Notes under the pieces: model-generated | Told to the model about the DNA's origin: nothing | The model's input: only the letters and a program-made list of their open reading frames with translations | Database searches by the model: none | In this document: in pieces, positions 58,785 through 64,000 of the stretch | Layout: every line of letters starts with the position of its first letter | Numbering within the stretch: the stretch's first letter is position 1 | Translations under genes and position numbers: made by a program | Assembly (NCBI GenBank): GCA_963766735.1 | Contig: CAVYBU010000004.1 | Location: 1-64,000, forward strand | Source: an uncultured Chloroflexia bacterium | GTDB taxonomy: Bacteria; Chloroflexota; Limnocylindria; Limnocylindrales; CSP1-4 | Direction of reading: 5' to 3' | Length of the DNA stretch: 64,000 nt

Positions 58785-59573
58785 ATGGACACCACACCCA
58801 ACCCCACCCGCAACCGCTCGACGGCCGGCTGGATGTCGATTGCCGCTGTCGCGGCGCTCGCCGTCGGCCTGCTCGCCGGCCCTGCGCTCGCCGCCGTCAT
58901 CGCCCCGCGCACGTACCCGGTCGTACCCGGCGCGCCATCGGACCAGGCGGTCGAGCACACCATCTCGGTCGCAGGCAGCGGCAAGGTCACGGTCATCCCT
59001 GATATGGCGACCATCCGCCTCGGCGTCGTGGTAGAGCGCAAGACCGCGAAGGACGCCCGCGAGGCCGCCGCCGCCGCCATGACGAGGGTCGTCGACGCCG
59101 TCCGCAAGCTGGGCATCGCCGACAAGGACATCGCCACCGCCAACGTGTCGCTCAACCCCGTCTACGACTACCCGACCAACGCCGCCGCGAAGATCCGCGG
59201 CTACCAGCTCAACAACACCATCACGATCACGGTTCGTGACCTCGACAAGCTCAGCGACGTCCTCGACAACGGCGTCACCGCCGGCGCCAACTCCGTGGAC
59301 GGCATCAGCTTCGACGTGGCCGATCGCGCCGCCGCCGAGGCCAATGCCCGCGAGGCTGCGGTCAAGGATGCGAAGGCCAAGGCCGACACGCTCGCGAACG
59401 GGCTGGGCGTCCGGATCACCGGCGTCGCCTCCATCTCCGAGTCCGTCTCAACTCCGGTCTGGTACAGCCCGGAATACGGCGCGGTCGCCGCTGACCGGGC
59501 GGCCGAGACCCCGGTCCTCCCGGGCTCGACCGACGTGGTGATCAACGTCCAGGTGTCGTTCCTGATCCCGTAG
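58785..59573 (+). CDS. SIMPL/BP26 (DUF541) family exported protein
   Basis: Signal peptide, ISV.G.G.V...PDMA...LGV, GY...N, GAN.V.GI.F, A..DA.AKA. Confidence 0.9.
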   Translation: MDTTPNPTRNRSTAGWMSIAAVAALAVGLLAGPALAAVIAPRTYPVVPGAPSDQAVEHTISVAGSGKVTVIPDMATIRLGVVVERKTAKDAREAAAAAMTRVVDAVRKLGIADKDIATANVSLNPVYDYPTNAAAKIRGYQLNNTITITVRDLDKLSDVLDNGVTAGANSVDGISFDVADRAAAEANAREAAVKDAKAKADTLANGLGVRITGVASISESVSTPVWYSPEYGAVAADRAAETPVLPGSTDVVINVQVSFLIP

Positions 59574-59652
59574 GCGCCGCGAGCCCCAACGAGCAGGCGA
59601 TCCAGTCGTACCGTGTCTTGACGCTGGTCGTACCGCCGTTCATACTCAATCA

Positions 59653-60006
59653 ATGACTCAGTACGACCAGCGTCCGGAGCCTGGCGAATCCGCGGGCCCG
59701 GATGGAACCAGGCTCCCCAGCGCGCGGGATGCCCTCGAGCCCTACCTTGCCGCCGCGGAGGCGGGGCCGTTCACGAAGCTCTCGATCAGCCTCCCGGAGC
59801 CGCTCATTGCCACGGTCCGGGAGGTGTCCGATCAGACGGGCGTCAGCGTGAGCGGCGTGATTGCGGCCAGCCTCCGCCGCCTCCTGGACGAGGTTCTGCA
59901 GGCCAGGATCGACGCTGCTCTGGAGGAGGACCGGGAGGAGAACCTGGCCTGGGCCCGGGCCGCGGCACCGGGCGACGCACTCCTGCTGCGAGATCTCGAG
60001 TGGTAG
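59653..60006 (+). CDS. RHH antitoxin partner of MazF
   Basis: TKLSISLP......VSVSGVIAASLRR; overlaps the toxin start. Confidence 0.75.
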   Translation: MTQYDQRPEPGESAGPDGTRLPSARDALEPYLAAAEAGPFTKLSISLPEPLIATVREVSDQTGVSVSGVIAASLRRLLDEVLQARIDAALEEDREENLAWARAAAPGDALLLRDLEW

Positions 60007-60380
60007 CCATCGGCCAGGGTGCACCAGGCACGCGTCCTCGCCGCGGAGACATCCACCTGGTGCAGTTCCCGGACCTGGGGGGCCACGTGCTTCGCGGACC
60101 TCACCCGGCCGTGATCGTCTCCTCGGACCGCCTCAACCGGCCCGACGGCACCATCCTCGTCTGTTCACTCACCAGCAGAGGCGGGGCAGATCCTGCCTGG
60201 GTGCCGCCCTATCTTGTTCGGGTCGCGCGCCGCGAGAGCGGCCTCGACCGCGACGGATGGGTCAAGTGCGACCAGGTCTTCACAAGACCCGCGAACTGGC
60301 TCGGCCCGAAGCTCGGCCGCCTCGCCCCAGGGGCACTGGCCCGCGTGGACGCCTCACTTCGGTTCGTCCTGGCGCTGTAG
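60000..60380 (+). CDS. mazF: MazF/PemK toxin
   Basis: RRGDI..V.F....G....G.HPAVIVS.D..N, VCSLTS, SGL..D..V.CDQV, VD.SL..VL.L. Confidence 0.9.
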   Translation: MVAIGQGAPGTRPRRGDIHLVQFPDLGGHVLRGPHPAVIVSSDRLNRPDGTILVCSLTSRGGADPAWVPPYLVRVARRESGLDRDGWVKCDQVFTRPANWLGPKLGRLAPGALARVDASLRFVLAL

Positions 60381-60566
60381 GCGCCTGGGGTACGAGCCTG
60401 CACACCGCTGGGCGGACCACGTCGCGGCGCCCTGATCCACCGTCCGCCCCAGGTCGTGGAGGCCCGGGGCCATCCGGGCACCGCACGCTTCCGCCCGGCA
60501 GGAGTCTTGGCATCACGACGGCCTTCGTGCAGGATGTCCGCAGCACATCGCACGTCCAGGAGGACC

Positions 60567-62816
60567 ATGCACCGACCGCTCCTCGTCATCACCCTCGCCA
60601 TCGCAGGCGCCCTCGCGCTCGCCGGCATCCAGCCGCCGCACGCGTCCGCGGCCGAGGGCTACGGCGAGACCGGGACCACGGTCTACGCGCTGGACCCGGC
60701 GAAGGGCCTGCTGCGGGTCACCGTGACGCTGAAGGTCACCAACAGCACCCCGGACACCAGCGAGCCGTACACCTGCCTCAAGTACAGCACCGACTGGTTC
60801 CCGATCCCCTACCTCGCCACCTGCTACGAAACGACCCGCTACGCCCTGACGACGACCACGGCGCTGGTCGAGAACGAGGCGGATTCGATCAGGGCGGAAT
60901 CCGGCGGCAAGCGGCTCGAGGTGAGTACCGGGGCCGCGGGTGTCTCGTATCGCGCCGTCACCATCGCCTTCCCGGAGCTGCTCTACGGCAAGACCCGGAC
61001 GGTCACCCTCACGTACACGGTCAAGGGCGGCGGACCCCGGAGCGCGACGTCCACCAGGACGATGCAGGCCTTCGCCAACTTCTGCGCCATCGCCAACGGC
61101 GCGGACAAGGGCTCGGTGACGGTCCGCATTCCGAAGGCATTCAAGGTCGACACGACCGGCAAGAAGCTGAAGTCGAAGGTCGTGGGCAAGGACCGCGTCT
61201 TCACCAGCGGCTCGATCGCCCACCCGACGGACTGGTTCGCCTGCTTCACCGGCACGAACAAGGCGGGCTTCAAGACGCAGAAGCTGACCGGGCCCGACGG
61301 TCGAACGATCCAGCTGCGCTCCTGGCCCGAGGACCCCGCGTGGGCGAAGGGCGTCCGCGCCGACGTCGCGTCCAGCCTGCCCCAGCTCGAGCGCCTGACC
61401 GGAACGGGCATGAATGGAACGATGGCCCTCAACGTCCAGGAGTCGTCCACGGGCGACCGGTACGCCGGGTTCTACGACGCGGAGACGAACACGGTCACGG
61501 TTGACGAGGACTTCAGCCAGCCGTCGCTGGTGGAGCACGAGCTGGCCCACGTCTGGTTCAACGGCGCGCAGTTCAAGGAGACCTGGCTCAGCGAGGGCTT
61601 CGCCGAGTGGGCGGCGCGCAGCGTGAGCGAGGACGATGTGGGTTGCTCCCGACCCGACGCCCCGCCCTCGAGCATCACGCTGGCGAAGTGGCGCTACCTC
61701 GCGCCTCGCGCCGGCCCGGCGGAGCGCGAGGCCGTCGCAGACCAGTACCAGGCCGCCTGCTACGTGGTCACGGCAATCGCGACCACCGCGGGCGAGGAGC
61801 GGATGACGGCCGTGGTCTCGGCCCTGCTCGGGCGGCGAGACCCGTACTCCATCGACGCTGCAGCGACGCGCGCGACACCCGTGGCCACGTGGAGGGACTG
61901 GCTGGACGCGGTGGACGAGCTCGCGCTCGCGCCTTCCGGCGCGTCGGAGGGTCTGGCGTCGGACCTGCTCCTCGAGTACGGGGTCGCAACCGACCGGGCC
62001 CTGCTGGCCAGGCGGGCGGAGGTCAGGCTGGCGTACCGGGAGCTGCTTGGGACGGTGGACGGCTGGGTCGTGCCGCCGGTCGTGCGCGCGCCCCTGGCCA
62101 CCTGGACATTCGACGCGGCCGGGTCCGCGATCGAGGCCGCGGGTCGCACCTGGGAGCTGACCGGCGAGACGGACACCGTGCTCGAGGGTGTGGACGCGCG
62201 CCACGGCCCGGCCGCCGAGGCATGGGAAGGCGCGGCGACGCTCGCCGACCTGGAGGCGGCGACGGACCTTGCGGAGCGGCAGCTCAACGCGGCACGGGAC
62301 GTGGCCGACGTCCTGGCGCTGGTCGACCGGCCGCTCGACGTCGTGCAGCAGGTGGGCCTGTTCGGGGTGCAGATCCCAAGCCCGGACGCGGCCATCCCGG
62401 CGGTCCGTGCGGGGGATGGGGACGCGGTTGCCGGGATCACCGCGGAGGTCCGGGCCACCCTCGCCGGCCTGCGGGCGACCGGGCAGCAGCGGATCGCCAT
62501 CGGGGGCGTCACCCTGTCCCTCCTCCTGGCCCTGCTCGCGGGGTTCGTGGTCTGGCGGGCGCGCACCAACTCGCGCCGCCGGGCCGCCGGGCACGCGGCC
62601 GCCACGGTCGTCGCCACATCTGCTGGTCACCAGCGTGTTCCGGAGTCCACCGACGCCGCCCGGCAGCCGTGGTCCGTGAACCCCCTGGACGATTCACCAA
62701 CGCAGGTCTGGGCCGGGCCGATCGTGCCCACCGAAGCCGATCCGGATCCCGAGATCGGGACGCTGGTGCGCTCGGCCCCGCAGCCCCAGGAGCCGCCTCA
62801 CACACCCTGGCCCTGA
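60567..62816 (+). CDS. Secreted, C-terminally anchored gluzincin metallopeptidase (M1/MA-like)
   Basis: Signal peptide; YAG.Y, HELAHVWF...WLSEGFAEW; late TM helix followed by basic residues. Confidence 0.75.
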   Translation: MHRPLLVITLAIAGALALAGIQPPHASAAEGYGETGTTVYALDPAKGLLRVTVTLKVTNSTPDTSEPYTCLKYSTDWFPIPYLATCYETTRYALTTTTALVENEADSIRAESGGKRLEVSTGAAGVSYRAVTIAFPELLYGKTRTVTLTYTVKGGGPRSATSTRTMQAFANFCAIANGADKGSVTVRIPKAFKVDTTGKKLKSKVVGKDRVFTSGSIAHPTDWFACFTGTNKAGFKTQKLTGPDGRTIQLRSWPEDPAWAKGVRADVASSLPQLERLTGTGMNGTMALNVQESSTGDRYAGFYDAETNTVTVDEDFSQPSLVEHELAHVWFNGAQFKETWLSEGFAEWAARSVSEDDVGCSRPDAPPSSITLAKWRYLAPRAGPAEREAVADQYQAACYVVTAIATTAGEERMTAVVSALLGRRDPYSIDAAATRATPVATWRDWLDAVDELALAPSGASEGLASDLLLEYGVATDRALLARRAEVRLAYRELLGTVDGWVVPPVVRAPLATWTFDAAGSAIEAAGRTWELTGETDTVLEGVDARHGPAAEAWEGAATLADLEAATDLAERQLNAARDVADVLALVDRPLDVVQQVGLFGVQIPSPDAAIPAVRAGDGDAVAGITAEVRATLAGLRATGQQRIAIGGVTLSLLLALLAGFVVWRARTNSRRRAAGHAAATVVATSAGHQRVPESTDAARQPWSVNPLDDSPTQVWAGPIVPTEADPDPEIGTLVRSAPQPQEPPHTPWP

Positions 62817-62852
62817 CGCCGGAGCGGGACCGGATGACGGTACCCTTCGGCC

Positions 62853-63821
62853 GTGGCCCCTGACCCCGCCCCGAGCGCCGTGACCCAGTCCGCCGTGCAC
62901 GGCAGGACCGCCGCCGTCGCCCTGCTCGTGCTCCTGACGCTCGTCTGGGGCGTGCACTGGGTGGTCGTCAAGGCGGGCCTGGACTACATGCCACCCCTGA
63001 CGTACGGGACGCTGCGGCTGCTCACCGGCCTGCTCACGATGCTCGCGATCCTGGGAGCCCGTCGGCGGATCCGTCGACCACCGCGCGCGGACCTGCCGAT
63101 CGTGGCCTCGGTGGGGCTGGCCCAGATCGCGGCCGGCGTCGTGGTCATGAACCTCGCGCTCCAGGTGGTCCCGGCCGGCCGCTCGTCGGTGCTGGTGTAC
63201 GCGATGCCGCTCTGGGTCGCGGTCCTCCTCTGGTTGCTGTTCGGGGTTCGGCCGCGCCGCAACGAGCTCGTCGGCCTGTTCCTGGGGATGTCGGGGATCC
63301 TGGTCCTCGTGAACCCGACCGTCATCGACTGGGGCGTTCCCGCGGAGCTCGCCGGGACGCTTGCGCTCATCGCCAACGGCATCCTGTGGGCCGGGGTCGC
63401 GATCCACATCCGGCGCCACACCTGGGTTTCGACGCCGCTGGACCTCCAGCCGTGGATGCTCCTGGTGGCCCTGGTGCCAGTGACCGCTGCCGCGCTCGTC
63501 CTGGAGTCCGGGCGCTCGGTCCAATGGGAGCTGGCCACCGTCCTGGTGCTCCTCTACAGCGGCCCGCTCGCGACCGGGTTCGCCAACTGGGCGAGCCAGT
63601 CGATCACGCGCTCGCTCGGACCGCTCGCCTCCGCGATGGGCTTCCTGGCGACGCCGGTCGTGGGCCTCGCGTGTGGCGCGTTGTTCCTGCATGAGTCCCT
63701 GGGGCTCATCGACATCGCGGGCTTCGCCCTGGTGCTGGGCGGCATCGCGGCGACCTCGCTGTTCCCGCCGCGTCCGGCCTCGGACGAGACGGCGAGCGGG
63801 CCGGCCGAAGCCGTCAGGTAA
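62853..63821 (+). CDS. EamA/DMT transporter
   Basis: 10 TM helices; WG..W.V.K, Y.MPLWV, PVVG. Confidence 0.88.
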   Translation: MAPDPAPSAVTQSAVHGRTAAVALLVLLTLVWGVHWVVVKAGLDYMPPLTYGTLRLLTGLLTMLAILGARRRIRRPPRADLPIVASVGLAQIAAGVVVMNLALQVVPAGRSSVLVYAMPLWVAVLLWLLFGVRPRRNELVGLFLGMSGILVLVNPTVIDWGVPAELAGTLALIANGILWAGVAIHIRRHTWVSTPLDLQPWMLLVALVPVTAAALVLESGRSVQWELATVLVLLYSGPLATGFANWASQSITRSLGPLASAMGFLATPVVGLACGALFLHESLGLIDIAGFALVLGGIAATSLFPPRPASDETASGPAEAVR

Positions 63822-63890
63822 CCCGCCCGACGCGGGAGCGGATTCACCCTCCGCGGTCCGGGCGGCGTGCTACCGTTGGGTGGTCTACCC

Positions 63891-63993
63891 GCCACGCGGT
63901 CGCGAAGCCGGTGCGAAACCGGCACAGTCCCGCTACGGTGATCGACCTCCACCCGAAGGTGGACGTCGGAAGTCCGATCGCCGACCACGTGGC
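63891..63993 (+). ncRNA. Cobalamin (B12) riboswitch, compact type
   Basis: GCGAA-GCCGGT-GCGAA-ACCGGC-ACAGTCCCGCTACGGTGA...AAGTCCGATCGCCGACC; closing stem gccacg.ggtcg / cgacc.cgtggc; extended -10 TGcTACCGT at 63868. Confidence 0.85.
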
Positions 63994-64000
63994 CTAGCCG

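Overview
GC-rich (about 70% by eye) bacterial chromosomal segment. Gene content suggests Chloroflexota (Limnocylindria-like) or an actinobacterium, which is inference only. The left third holds two GT87 glycosyltransferases, a GMC oxidase and a split arsenic set (acr3; arsR/redoxin; arsM-arsN2). It also holds the most striking unit, a minus-strand dsrE2-tusA-mvhD-hdrL-hdrA-wHTH-qmoC-hemerythrin-padR operon with no HdrB and no AprAB in the window. This operon is divergent from cysE-cysK, whose leader carries a candidate leaderless Cys-containing attenuator peptide. The middle has three ABC exporter systems, c-di-GMP enzymes and housekeeping enzymes. The right third has four helicases (UvrD-HRDC, RqlH-like RecQ, AdnB-like, NERD-SF1) interleaved with about seven toxin-antitoxin pairs and an HNH nuclease. 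It also contains stacked TA remnants bounded by diverged direct repeats. A cobalamin riboswitch sits at the far right edge. Many single-base frameshifts in otherwise intact genes look like read or assembly errors. No rRNA, canonical tRNA, CRISPR array, transposase or integrase was recognised.
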